Positions 33,575 through 44,884 of a stretch of DNA of 64,000 bases are shown piece after piece; the stretch's first letter is position 1; each line of letters begins with the position of its first letter. The stretch is taken from contig QPMI01000643.1 in NCBI GenBank assembly GCA_004431415.1, positions 93,496 through 157,495 on the forward strand, read 5' to 3'. The notes under the pieces are model-generated. The model made no database searches. It saw nothing but the letters and a program-made list of their open reading frames with translations, and was not told where the DNA came from. The translations under genes were made by a program, and so were the position numbers. Source of the DNA: Cyanophora paradoxa CCMP329. Lineage: Eukaryota > Plantae > Glaucophyta.

Positions 33575-34390
33575 ATGGCAGAGAAGAAATCGTATTGCCT
33601 GGAAAAGCTCAAAGCGGCTTTAATGTTGCTTTGTGGATCTGATAACTTCAATGATTATGTTGCTCTTGGAAGTAACAGGAAACCGCTCCCTCTTTGGGCA
33701 AAGCTTGCAAAATATGGATTAAGTGACTATGACCTGCCTCCAGAGTCTGAGCATTGCGCCTGTGATCATCCAATTAAAGAGCAATGCTATATTCTGCATG
33801 TTAATAAAAAGATTGTGGTCATTGTTGGGAATTGCTGCATTTTACGATTTATTCCAAAGGGTGCCAGAGGTCAAGATATATGTGAAAGATGTGGAGATCG
33901 GCATAAAAACCGAAAGGATAATTTCTGTAATAAGTGCAGAATCGCTTTAAAGCAAGAAGAACTGGAAAGAAAAAGAGAACTTGAAAAACAAGAGGAAGCT
34001 CGAAAGAGGCAGCTTGAATTAGAAGAAAGAGAGCGAAAACAGAGAGAATTAGAACAAGAAAGAGCAAGGAATAAACATGCAGTTAATCTTTTCCTGATTT
34101 GGTGCAACCAATTTATTCCGAAAATGGATAATCTTCGCAGAGATGATATAGAGAGGTTCAGAGAGGGCAGATCTGCATTGATTGAAATGTATGCAGGACT
34201 CAGTACAACAAATACATTGGTTGCTGGGTTTCAGGTGCCATATCTCAAAAAGGATATTGCAAAAGGACTAGATTGCAGATGGAATAAGGACAAGAAAACA
34301 TGGGAGACCTTGGAAATCGAACCATTTGTAGCATTGCTAGGTAAGCATTTCAAACTAATGTATATTGAGCGATTTGGACAAAGAGGTTAG
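33575..34390 (+). CDS. Cys-rich, coiled-coil viral protein with C-terminal DUF5710-like motif
   Basis: CACDHPIK..C, VGNCCI, CxxC pairs, VPYLKKDIAKGLDCRWNKDKKTW. Confidence 0.7.
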   Translation: MAEKKSYCLEKLKAALMLLCGSDNFNDYVALGSNRKPLPLWAKLAKYGLSDYDLPPESEHCACDHPIKEQCYILHVNKKIVVIVGNCCILRFIPKGARGQDICERCGDRHKNRKDNFCNKCRIALKQEELERKRELEKQEEARKRQLELEERERKQRELEQERARNKHAVNLFLIWCNQFIPKMDNLRRDDIERFREGRSALIEMYAGLSTTNTLVAGFQVPYLKKDIAKGLDCRWNKDKKTWETLEIEPFVALLGKHFKLMYIERFGQRG

Positions 34391-34446
34391 AGAACAAAAA
34401 ATGATTTAAAGAATTCTCTATATATATTAAGAGAGACAGAGGAAAA

Positions 34447-34701
34447 ATGCCACTCAGTGAAGCCCAGAAGAGAGCTATGAAGAGATATCAGCAAACTGAA
34501 AAAGGTAAGGCTAAAATCAAAAAGTTTAACGAAAAAATAGCCACACAGCTAAGAGATCTATATAACAATGATGATACTTATAGAGCCATGAAAATAGCCA
34601 GTTCATGTCAGCGAAAGTATGCAGCCAATGCAGTCTGCTTTGTCAAGTATTTGTATGATGTCCCTTACTCAAATCGAGGGAGAAAATCGAAACATGTCTA
34701 A
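34447..34701 (+). CDS. Small basic viral protein (possible DNA binding)
   Basis: MPLSEAQKRAMKRYQQ; preceded by the shared TTAAAG...TATATA motif. Confidence 0.65.
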   Translation: MPLSEAQKRAMKRYQQTEKGKAKIKKFNEKIATQLRDLYNNDDTYRAMKIASSCQRKYAANAVCFVKYLYDVPYSNRGRKSKHV

Positions 34702-34912
34702 ATTATTTTTCCCAGCATATTACTAGGCTGGGATATGCTGTTTATTCGCTGAAATACTACTTTATCGTTTTTGTATCTGAACCACTCGATATATCATGTG
34801 GATAAATTTCGTAGGGATACTTTCTCGATTTCCAACAAAAAATGATTGGGGGACCCAAAACTACTTAAAGAAAAATCTTCTATATATATAAAAGGGACCC
34901 CGATCGCTGAAA

Positions 34913-37239
34913 ATGAACGCCAAACAGACTAAATCGCTCAAATCGCTCGCTAACTGGCTCAGATCTGATGAGGATCTAGCCAAAAACATGATTATCCCAG
35001 TGAAACCTGACAGCAAAGACCCTGTTTTCAAGCATAAGGGAGGTGCTTGGTCCTGGGAAAAGTATGAGGAAGCGCTGGCAACTAATCAGTATGTATCTTG
35101 GGGCATTCTGCTCTCAGACAACATGATGGTTATTGACTTTGATGATGAGGAGGACTTTGAGAAATTCCGAGATATGTTTCCTGATGACTTTGATGCCAAT
35201 CAGCCCATGGCAAAAACTAAAAAAGGCTATCATGTCTACTTCAAACGACCTGAGGAGTTCACTAAACTCAAAATTACCGATAAGGCTCCAGGCTTTAAAG
35301 GCTTTGAAAAGGTTGACCTGAAAACAATCACTGGAACTGGAACTTCTGGATTAATTAATGTTTGTCCCAGTGTCAACAAGACCTGGGTAATTGCTCCATG
35401 GGATGATACCTGTGATTTCAATGAGCCTACTGATGAGTTTAAAAAGTGGATTGCAGAGAACTATATCTATAAGAGTGAGTATACTGCTAGTGCTAGCTCA
35501 AATGATGAACTGGAAAAGAGTATTCTTAAAGAGCTGGTGGATATGGGCTTTATGCATCCCAATATAATCTCTAAAACTGAACTTGGCTTTAGCTTTGATG
35601 CTGCTAATAAGGGACTCAATTGCCCATGCTGCAATGGTTCCCATGAATCGAATAACTGGTATGTTATGAAAGCCAAAGGAGAAGATAAAAAGTATATTGT
35701 GTCCAGCTACAGTGGCAATTGCAAAAAACGATTTATCTTCATTGGAATGCAATCTGATATCTTCAATCTCATTGATAAATCCGCTGGCTCTGGAGGCGCT
35801 CATTATGATGTCAGTCTTGTGTGCAAAGAGGTCCTACAACACACTTGGAGATACTCCAAAAAGTCATGGTTCAAACTCAATACTGATACTGGGATTTGGG
35901 AGCATGATGACACAAACCAAAAGATTTACCTAGACATTAGTTGCCTTGTTGTCCCTCAATACCTTGGCAGGGCTGTGCATTATAGTCAAAGAGCTTTGAA
36001 GGATGAAGAGAATAGAACAGCTTTCGAAGAGAAATCGAAAACATTAATTTCTATTGCCAAAAATCTTAAACAATCAGGATATCGCAAATCCCTTCTGACT
36101 GATCTGCTCCCTCTGCTAAATGATGATGAGTTTTACGAGAAGATTGATACAGTTCCATATGTAATTGGATTCGATAATGGTGTATTTGATCTGACAACTA
36201 TGACTTTCAGAAAGGGTAAACTGGAAGACATGGTGAGCAAGAGTGTGGGTTATGATTATACTGAGAATGTAGACCCCAAGAAAGTGGAGCATCTCAATCA
36301 GATTTATAGAGAGATTGTAGATGATCCAGCAGAGCGAAACTATCTTCTGGCATCTATTGCAATTGCTTTGAGTGGATCAACAAAATCACAGAAGTTCTAC
36401 ATGTGGACTGGTGCTGGTGCTAATGGTAAATCACTTGTTCAGGAATACTGCAAACAGATATCTGGGGCTTATTACAGCCCTCTCGAAATATCCTATTGGA
36501 CCAAACCTAAGAAGAACTCATCAGATGCTACCCCTGAACTTGCCAAACTCCTGGGAAAGCGACTTGTATTCAGTAATGAGGCTGAAGATGGTGATAAACT
36601 GCAAATCTCCAAAATTAAGGAGGTCACAGGTGGAAATGAAATGACTGTGAGAGCCTTGTTCAAAGATCCAGTTATCCTTACTCCAATGTTTCAAGTCTAC
36701 ATTACAACCAATGACAATTTGACTATAAACAAACCAGACTTTGCAATTCAAAGAAGGCTTTCATACCAGAGATTTAACAATATTTTCAGAGAGAAGCCAG
36801 AAGCTGGTCAAAAGAAAGCTGACCCAACTCTGTTCACACTTCTACACAATGATGATGAGTATAAGATGGCTCACATGAAGATATTACTGGATATGTGGAA
36901 GAACAAAGAGGTTGAAGAGATCTTAAGAAATCCCCTCAATCGATTATTGAACAAGGGATAAACTTTATAGCTGAAAATGATAAGATTGGTGAATGGCTTA
37001 GGGATAATTTCGAAGTAACCCACAATGCAAACGACTTTGTTTCGAGTGATACCATTTACAAATCATACAGAAGTGTCGATGATAAAGTTGAATGTGTTTC
37101 TGTGATGAAGAGAGTAAGGGAAATCTTCAATGTGAAATCAGAGGTTAAAAGAATTCAGGGAACCAGAGCAAGGGGCTACATTGGACTTCGAAAGATAACA
37201 AGGGTTCAAGAAGACAATGGAGAGGATGTCGAATATTAA
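34913..37239 (+). CDS. AEP primase-polymerase fused to D5-like SF3 helicase (one frameshift at 36932-36935)
   Basis: VIDFDD and KTKKGYHVYF, CPCC...H Zn site, IGFDNGVFDL, Walker A GAGANGKS, Walker B VFSNE, ITTN; the shifted frame continues ENDKIGEWLRDNF...RGYIGLR to stop 37237-37239. Confidence 0.92.
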
Positions 37240-37280
37240 ACAAAACGATTTATGATTGAAATGTATATGTAATTTTATAG

Positions 37281-37391
37281 CCTTACTGGAAATGGTGTTG
37301 TTCACAGGTGTCACAGGTCCATCCCATCTAGGGGGCTATAAAACGAAAAATGACCAGGGGACGATAAAAACCTGTGAACACCTGTGACACC
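37281..37391. promoter_or_regulatory. Internal iteron-like candidate origin directly downstream of the helicase
   Basis: CCTTACTG...TTCACAGGTGTCACAGGTCCATCCCA...AAAACCTGTGAACACCTGTGACAC, same architecture as the TIR blocks. Confidence 0.65.
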
Positions 37392-37458
37392 TATCGAAAA
37401 AGACCAAAATTTGACAAGAATACTTAAGGCTTACTTGATTGTGTATAGTGAAGACAAA

Positions 37459-37680
37459 ATGGCAAAGGCTCTTGAAGAGATGACCATGACTGAGTTAGAT
37501 AAATGCATTCAACATGGAGATATTGGGGCATATATCGAAATGTCAGAAAGATTGATAGGTTACAATTTGTATGCAGCAAAACCAAAGAGGAATAGATCAG
37601 TGAATATTCACATTACAGTCTCAGTGTCTGAGAATGCAAACAAAAAACAACAAAAGCATATTTACAAAAGTTATCTGTGA
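37459..37680 (+). CDS. Small hypothetical viral protein
   Basis: ATG at 37459 downstream of AAAATTTGA...ACTTAAGG motif. Confidence 0.5.
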   Translation: MAKALEEMTMTELDKCIQHGDIGAYIEMSERLIGYNLYAAKPKRNRSVNIHITVSVSENANKKQQKHIYKSYL

Positions 37681-38013
37681 CTTGATTGCAAGTATAAAGC
37701 CAATTCCTTTGTATATAGTTTTATAGCTGCCTCAGTAGCATACTGAGACCGCTTTTTCTCGATTATCTTATAGACCTGGGGGTCCATTGCTACTTTCAGT
37801 TGGCAAATAATATTTAATCGGTCTCCCTCTGGGTCTCTGCTCCTCTTTTTGGGCTTTTCTGCGATAATAGGATGCCAGGGCTTGTTGTTTCTTATACTCT
37901 CTATATGCTGGGTCATCTCTATATCGTTTCTGCATTGCCAGAATGTGTCTTATAGACCCCTCAGTAACAGGTTCATCACTGGTAAACTCGATTAAACTAA
38001 TAGTGTCCTCCAT
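37671..38013 (-). CDS. Small basic AT-hook protein (probable frameshift at 37778-37782)
   Basis: YYRRKAQKEEQRPRGRP; the two overlapping ORFs join at a G/C run. Confidence 0.55.
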
Positions 38014-39025
38014 TTATATTCCCAGAGAAAACGTTTTCTGCTGGCAGAGAACTTCTCCTTGGATACTCCTGTTGCTCATATGTATACTCTGTGGGGTCTG
38101 CTGGCATTGACTCCACAGAAACTGTTGATCTCCTTCTCTCTCTTGCTTCTGAGGCATTATCCTCAGTATCTGACATCTCAAACTCTATTGTTGTGTCACA
38201 GCATCCACTGTGGCAATTGCTCACCACATGCAGACTGAGCATCTCAATAAACTTTCGTATTATATCCATGTCTCTAATAAAACAGAGAAAATTAAAGCCA
38301 AACTCGTCTTTTATATACTGTTGGGCTACTCCCTTTTCTACTTCAGCTTTGGTGGCACCAGGTTCAATAGTTCCCTTCTGGGTCTTTGTTTTCATTTCAT
38401 CTACTGCCTGCTCATCGATTTGGTTCTCTTTCTTAGCAATAAACTGTTTATCTGGGACACCAGTAATTCCCATTTTATAAACTTCCTTTCGAAGCATCTC
38501 CTTGAGCTTGGCTCTCTCTTTCTTCTCAGTAACATACTGCTCCAAGGCACTTGATTTAGCTTCCAAGTCTTTGAGTTTAGCAGTCATCTCATCCCATTGA
38601 GCCTTGGGAATTCGATGTATATTTTGAGTGGGAGCAGTTTTATATGTGACTTCACCAGCCATAGACTGGATTACCTTGTCTGATTCCTTACTAAGACCTT
38701 CACCTTTGCGAGCCAGTGAAAGATCTTGCAAGCCTAGACCTTTATCATCAGCAGCACCAATAATTCGCCTGGCACCCTCAGCAACAGCTTTCATTTTTGA
38801 GGCTTCAGGTGAGATGTTGAGTTGGTCACTGGTTGAAGCCTGTGGGGCTTTGTCATCGACTGATTCCTCATAGGCAGCATTAAGAGGGTCCTCTTCTTGC
38901 TGTGAGGGCTTCACCTCATTCATACCATTGAATTTCATTGGTTCAGTATTAATGGATCCATTGTTTCCACCACCTGAATAGCCAACAGCCCCAGCTGGGA
39001 TCCCTATCTTTCGTTTGGGAGGCAT
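37997..39025 (-). CDS. Hypothetical charged/coiled-coil viral protein
   Basis: 342-aa ORF in AT-rich DNA, co-oriented with the ATPase and MCP; no recognised motif. Confidence 0.7.
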   Translation of the reverse strand: MPPKRKIGIPAGAVGYSGGGNNGSINTEPMKFNGMNEVKPSQQEEDPLNAAYEESVDDKAPQASTSDQLNISPEASKMKAVAEGARRIIGAADDKGLGLQDLSLARKGEGLSKESDKVIQSMAGEVTYKTAPTQNIHRIPKAQWDEMTAKLKDLEAKSSALEQYVTEKKERAKLKEMLRKEVYKMGITGVPDKQFIAKKENQIDEQAVDEMKTKTQKGTIEPGATKAEVEKGVAQQYIKDEFGFNFLCFIRDMDIIRKFIEMLSLHVVSNCHSGCCDTTIEFEMSDTEDNASEARERRRSTVSVESMPADPTEYTYEQQEYPRRSSLPAENVFSGNINGGHY

Positions 39026-39053
39026 TGTATCTTTATTAGAATGAGAGATAATT

Positions 39054-39836
39054 TTATAAACCGCGTTTATATCGCATCAATTTATTGCTATGGACTTGGC
39101 TTTTCACTTCTTTAGGGGCTTCCTCTTTCTCTGGTGGTTTCAGTTCATCTTCTTTCTTCTTGGGCTTCCTGTGGAAGCGAGGAAAATCGAAATCTCCAAC
39201 TAAATCGGCTTTATCAACATAGTAGCCCACATTATACTTGAAAGATGTATAAACAAGGAATTGATATGAGTGGACATACTCTTCAAACAGTTGATAGAAA
39301 TCTTCTTTGCGAGGAAAAGTCGAAAACTCCTCTGCAAATGCTTCCAGCTCTTTTTGATTGCTTGCACAAACCATAATTACTATATCACTATTGCAGCGAA
39401 TAACACTTGCGACCTTTCTTAATTTTTGGGAAATAGTTATAATTGATATATTGACATGTCTGCCACGAACATAAAGCATTCCCACTGTTTTATCTCGACT
39501 GAGATCCAGCTGGTCATTTTCTATCATATCCTCTAAAATCACCAGCATATGGTTAAGTTCTTCTCCTTTCTCCCTTTTTGCCTCTCTTTCTTTTATAATT
39601 TTCGACATGTATTGGGGATCCCATGCACCCAGTTGAACAGTAGCAGCTTTGTCCCAGAAATGTGAGAATGAGGTAGCGGATATAATAAGGGTTGTATCAA
39701 TCTTTTTGGCATCATGCAGCTGTTTCAAATAATATTTTACGGCTTCAGTTTTTCCGCATCCACTTTTACCTAGTATGAGTAGTCTGAAAGGGGGTTCTAT
39801 CATTTCACCAGCATTAAATTCTTCCAGATCTTGCAT
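39054..39836 (-). CDS. A32-like (FtsK/HerA) genome packaging ATPase
   Basis: ILGKSGCGKT, LVILEDM, RGRHVNISIITISQ, IRCN. Confidence 0.93.
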   Translation of the reverse strand: MQDLEEFNAGEMIEPPFRLLILGKSGCGKTEAVKYYLKQLHDAKKIDTTLIISATSFSHFWDKAATVQLGAWDPQYMSKIIKEREAKREKGEELNHMLVILEDMIENDQLDLSRDKTVGMLYVRGRHVNISIITISQKLRKVASVIRCNSDIVIMVCASNQKELEAFAEEFSTFPRKEDFYQLFEEYVHSYQFLVYTSFKYNVGYYVDKADLVGDFDFPRFHRKPKKKEDELKPPEKEEAPKEVKSQVHSNKLMRYKRGL

Positions 39837-39901
39837 TGTTGTATATCTTTCTAAATAAGTACAGATAAAAATAATGCAGAGAGACTGAATATCGTCACAA
39901 T

Positions 39902-41271
39902 CTACAAATTTATACGACGAAGCCCATCCTTGTCCAAAATTATATAGGAATGCATGAGAGCGCGAACATTAACATCGATTACCTTATCTGAAGGCATGTA
40001 CAGGGTGAGGAATGAAGAGGAGGAATTTGTTAAATCAACATAACCAGACTGGGCAATATTTCGAATTGCCTTCTCTCCATCAATGCAGAAACTTAAACCT
40101 GAAAGGACATAGCGATCAGCAACCTTATCCATGTTAGAGCATTTGAAGGCATCAGCAATTAGCTCAGCACCTTTGAGTAGGGAAATTGGCTCAGTGGCAT
40201 AAAGTCGCTGTCCATTAATTTCAACAGTGAAAGTAATATCTTTGGAGTTGGCATAGGTCTTAAGAACACTGTGGGAGCCAGTGGATTTATCAACAGTTGC
40301 ATTATCACGAACTGAAACAAGCAGAGCATAAACAAGACCTGAGATTTGAGAGAGGTTAATTCGATTGGGTTGGGCATTGCCCTTGGCAGGGAAAGCACTA
40401 GCATCTACAAATCCAATATCAAGGGAGGGAATAGCCATGCCAGTAGTCTTTACTTTTTCAATTACAGTAGCGAAAAGCTCATCAGAAACATTAATAGCAT
40501 GCATGTAAAGGCGAGGAGAAGTAATAGAAATGACAGGGGTTGTTGCACCAAGAGTAAAGTCTGTGATGTTTTGACCAACATTTGCCAGAACAGTTTCAGC
40601 AGGGGCAGTTCCAAGACCGTCATCTTTTGAATAATCTACATCATCTGCTGCAACAGTAAGACCACGACCACCATAGGAAGTTTCAACATAACCCTTTCCA
40701 GCATCCTTAAACCAAACAGTAACAACCATTTCACCAGATAAAGCACCAAGGGGAAGGTAGTGATTTAGCCAAGGCACAGGAATTTCAACGAAAAATGAGC
40801 CACCAAGGCGGTTGGTTCCATGAGCAGGAATGCCATGAACCATGCCCATTGATCGCTTCTTTTTAGCTAGTTGATCCTCCGAATAATAGACCAGGGGAAA
40901 TGAGCAAGGAAATCAGATGGAATATGGTAGGTGTAAGATCCATAGGTAATTTCAAGTCGCTGAACTAAAGCACCAACTGGGCGAGTGTATCCATTGCGAA
41001 CTAGGTCAGTATCACCAGCAAAAGTGATGGCTGGAAGGTCGAAAGCAAGTTCGAGTTTTCCACAGAAATTGTAGCGAGGTAGCTTGAAGGAAATGCGATT
41101 TCCAACATTATTCTCAAAAGTATTGCTGGGATTCACAACAACTAGAACTGGCTTAGACTTGGATTCGAGACCAAGCATAAGGGAGTTATCCAGGAAAAAG
41201 GCTTTCGCCTCCTCTGGGGTTGTTAGGGCTTCTTTCAGCGAAAGTCTTTGAAGAGTGGAAGTGATATCCAT
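39902..41271 (-). CDS. Double jelly-roll major capsid protein (one frameshift at 40894-40897)
   Basis: About 456 aa after joining; ISFKLPR...LELAFDLP...LVQRLEITYG...YLPLGAL pattern; lies between ATPase and pentons; nearly identical N-terminus in element A. Confidence 0.8.
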
Positions 41272-41324
41272 TATATTCTCTTTTATTATACTGCAACATA
41301 AAAAATCTACCAATGATCCTTAAT

Positions 41325-42334
41325 TTATGCGAAGCTTGTAATAACTGGATAGGAAGGGTGAAGCTGCGACATTCTCATCTTAAAGTATTCATAAACTGGG
41401 TCCCCAGCTGGCTCATCACCATAGCGAATTTCAAAGGTCAGATGAACAGGTTGACCCTCAAAATCAATTGGTTCATTTACAGCATTAACAATATCAACCG
41501 AGAAAGTGGATAATCCAACCTTTTTGTTATAGTATTTATAAAGTGGATGAGCCTCTGTTGAATTGTAAACAACATGCTCACCATAATCTTTGTCAGGAAC
41601 CACTATTTTATGAAAGTAACCAGTCAGAAGACCATCCCCACATTGAACCAGATCACCCAGCTCCTTTACTCTCACAAACAAAACACTGTCCCTGGTCTTC
41701 TCAGGCTCAAAAGAAGATATAATGCCATTCACTCGACCATCAGTAAAGATTCCATCAGTGAGAGCATCATAAACTTGGGATTTGATTGGGGAATTCCCAT
41801 ATCTTCCAGGATCAAGACCAAGCAGTCTAGCTGAACTCAATAGCTTTTGGATTGTTTGTTGGCTTGGGTTTACAGCAAGTGAGAAAGCCAGGTAAAAAGG
41901 CACTGCCGAGTGGAATATAATTCGTTTCAGTGACTCATCCCATTTGCAGCGAATGGATGGTTGGGGAGTTCTGCCAATGAATTTTGAGTTGATTACATTC
42001 ACCAGCTGTTGGTGGCTTTGGATGGGGGTCTCGCGATTTACCATGAATTGTTTCCATTGTTCAAAATCAGCAGCTGGGCGAGTTGTTGGAATTCCTGAGC
42101 TTCCAGCTCCTGGAGTTTGTTCCGAATAATAAATACTAAATGTGTTATCAACTGTGACATCTCCTGCTTTGGTTTCACCACTCACCATAGGGATGCTGTT
42201 ATAAAATTCGGCTGAGACCAGTCTCACAGCCCTCACATTCTCATAACTACTGGGAGTCTAGCCACAAAGCTTGATGTGGGACCATCACCAGAGATTGTAT
42301 TAAATGAGCTAACCTCGATGTAATCCACAGGCAT
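41325..42334 (-). CDS. Minor capsid/penton protein 1 (one frameshift at 42252-42254)
   Basis: Homologue of the intact ORF 56278-57288; VRLVSAEFYNS and IDFEGQPVHLTFEI single-jelly-roll-type ends. Confidence 0.7.
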
Positions 42335-42363
42335 TCTTCTTTTATCTATATTTATATATTAAA

Positions 42364-43296
42364 ATGAACCGGCTCGTTAATATTGATAGCAGGGATAGAA
42401 GCCAAGGACAAAATGAAAACTCTTACAGGGTCACCCTCACAACTCCAGTAGAGAGACCAAGGGAATGCAGGGTTCTATATGCAGAGATTCCAAACAGCAT
42501 CTATAACAGTGTGGGAACTGATCATCTAACAGTTCAGTTTAATTACCAAGATGGTTCATATAACCAAGTGATCACACAACAAGTGTATCCCCTTCCCAGT
42601 GGCTACATCAATCAGGGTCATTTTGGGGTAACACACCCTTATAATTATGGGCTGAACTATTCAAGCTTCCAAACCATTGCAGGCAAAACAGTAGCTTTTG
42701 AGTTCAAGATATTCTATAACCCAACTACCTATAAAGTGGAGTTTTACAGTAACCATGAGTTTCGTTTTATTGCAAGCAACCAGAGAATAGGGAAGCTTTT
42801 GGGTGTAAGTTCTACTGAATACACCAATGGGTATTATAGCACTCCTCCTGTTGGTGGATCTCCCTATCGACCTGAGAACCTTTTAAAGTATGATGGCAAA
42901 CCTATTACACCTGATCACCCAGCATGGGGAATCACCTTCTCAGGACCCAGACTCTCCTCTAAGCCCTTGCAATATTATTTTGACAGCAGGAAGATGTCTG
43001 ATATGAATGCTGAGCAGTATCTGTACATGCATATTAAAGAGCTGTCCCCCTTTGCCAGCAGACACAATATAATTCCAAAATCGCAACCACAAAATCAGGG
43101 AGCTATCCTTAGATTGCAATTGAGTAAGGATATAGGGGGCTATGTTTACCATAGTGGTGAGCATGCAGAATTTATTCAAATCAATGACAGAAACCTGGTG
43201 ATAAGGGAACTCACAGTTGAATTTAAAGATTACTTTGGTGAACTGATTGATATGAATGGAATCGATAATTCTTTTCAGTTGGAGTTTATCGAATAA
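42364..43296 (+). CDS. Minor capsid/penton protein 2
   Basis: VNIDSRDR...AEIPNSIYN...LTVEFKDYFGELIDMNGIDNSFQLEF pattern. Confidence 0.72.
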   Translation: MNRLVNIDSRDRSQGQNENSYRVTLTTPVERPRECRVLYAEIPNSIYNSVGTDHLTVQFNYQDGSYNQVITQQVYPLPSGYINQGHFGVTHPYNYGLNYSSFQTIAGKTVAFEFKIFYNPTTYKVEFYSNHEFRFIASNQRIGKLLGVSSTEYTNGYYSTPPVGGSPYRPENLLKYDGKPITPDHPAWGITFSGPRLSSKPLQYYFDSRKMSDMNAEQYLYMHIKELSPFASRHNIIPKSQPQNQGAILRLQLSKDIGGYVYHSGEHAEFIQINDRNLVIRELTVEFKDYFGELIDMNGIDNSFQLEFIE

Positions 43297-44841
43297 AGGC
43301 ACCTGTGAAATCAACTCTCATTGTGGGAGCATTCACATACACAAGGGGATAAATGCGAATATATTTAATTCTGAGAGAAAAACCTATGTAAAAAGCATCC
43401 TTGATGCTGAGAGGGAACCCACTCAATAGAGCCATATCACCTGAGTTGTGAGCATTGTTAATGTTCTCACAGACATATATTTTGTTCTGCCCATCTGATC
43501 GAATAAAAGACCAGTTGATCCCATCAGTGGATGTTGCCACATTGAAAATCTTAATAAAAGCATTGGTGTCCCCTGATCCATAGGCAATCACAGAAGAGAG
43601 TTCAAAAGTATATGGGAAAGCAACTTGAAGGTATTCAGTGGGGTTTCCCATATCTGCTCAGGAGCATAGGCTCCAGCTTCCCAGCCAAATGCTGAAGGTC
43701 TAGCCATGAAAGGCTCTTTACCAGTCACAGAGGATGAGGCAGTGAAGGCATCATCTGCAAGCTGATACCAATTAGCATCCAAAGGTGGTGATGTAGTGAG
43801 AGTGGATGAAATGTAAGCCTTTGAAGGGTTCTTTAGTTCATAGTTTGCTACTAGTAGGCTGCAAAGCTTATTGATCATATCATTGTTTGCTGCAATGTAG
43901 GTTTCTGTGAAAGAAAGCATATCTGGGATTTTAGAAGTGTCATCAAGGGAGCTAACTATATGGTTTGGAAGAGGCACTGATAGCCTATAGTATCTCCCAT
44001 AATCCTGATCATAGTTGTAGGGTAACAACTCCTCCATCTTATCAAGGGCAGAAAGCTCACTTGCAGCCATGAGCATGTTAATCAATGGGCTTCCATCTGT
44101 TGAGGCAATCCATGAGAGAATGCCCCAGCTGTTGACAGTCTCATAAGCATAACCCACATAATCAGACTCTAAATGTGGGTCCACCTCTCCACAAGAGATA
44201 CTTATTACTATAATGTCATCATCATCACTGTAAATCTTCTTTGCATGGCTGTAACCACACACACTGGGATTATTGTTTCCCGAAATGGCACCATCAATGA
44301 GACAGACATATACTCCCCGATTGAAATCAACAATGCTTACAGGAGAGAAATATGTAGGAGCAGCAGAAGTAGCCCTAGCAGCAATCTTACAAGGCATAAA
44401 GTTGTAATTGTTGTCATTTGTGATAAATATTGGTTTCATATTCTGAGTATCAAAGGATGTAATCACAATGTCCTTTAGGGAATCCTGTATTAGTGATTCA
44501 CCAGTAACTGAATTGATTGCAGTCTCCAAGGGTCCCACATCATACTTTGTATTAAAAAGGGCATTTTCGATTATATTTCGAGGATTTGCGAAAATCAAGG
44601 GCAGTTGAGTTAGGTAAATATTGTGTAAATCGTTCGCTGTCAGTTTAGGTTCACCTGGTCTATCAGGATGCCTTATATTCAAACCTATTGCAATGATCCC
44701 ACCAGTGGAAGTTCCACTCACAAGATCCACAAGATCGATTATTCTCCTGCCAGTTCGATTTTCGATTTCTTTGAGCAGCCTGGTTATGATAATGCCCCTT
44801 GCACCCCCGCCAGAAAGACTTAAAACGACCTTGAGAGGCAT
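43286..44841 (-). CDS. Patatin-like phospholipase fused to an F5/8 type C (discoidin) domain (one frameshift near 43659)
   Basis: LSLSGGGARG, GTSTG, ATSAAPTYF, IDGA; then FTASS...W...EYLQV...STDGINW...YIRIYP...MRVDFTG. Confidence 0.85.
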
Positions 44842-44884
44842 CTTTTACTTATCAGGAATTTTATAAATCCATATAGTAAAAGCC

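Noticed and set aside
31228-43660. Programmed ribosomal frameshifting in viral genes
   Set aside because: No slippery heptamers; single-base losses mostly in C/G runs, at different sites in A and B, fit sequencing error better.
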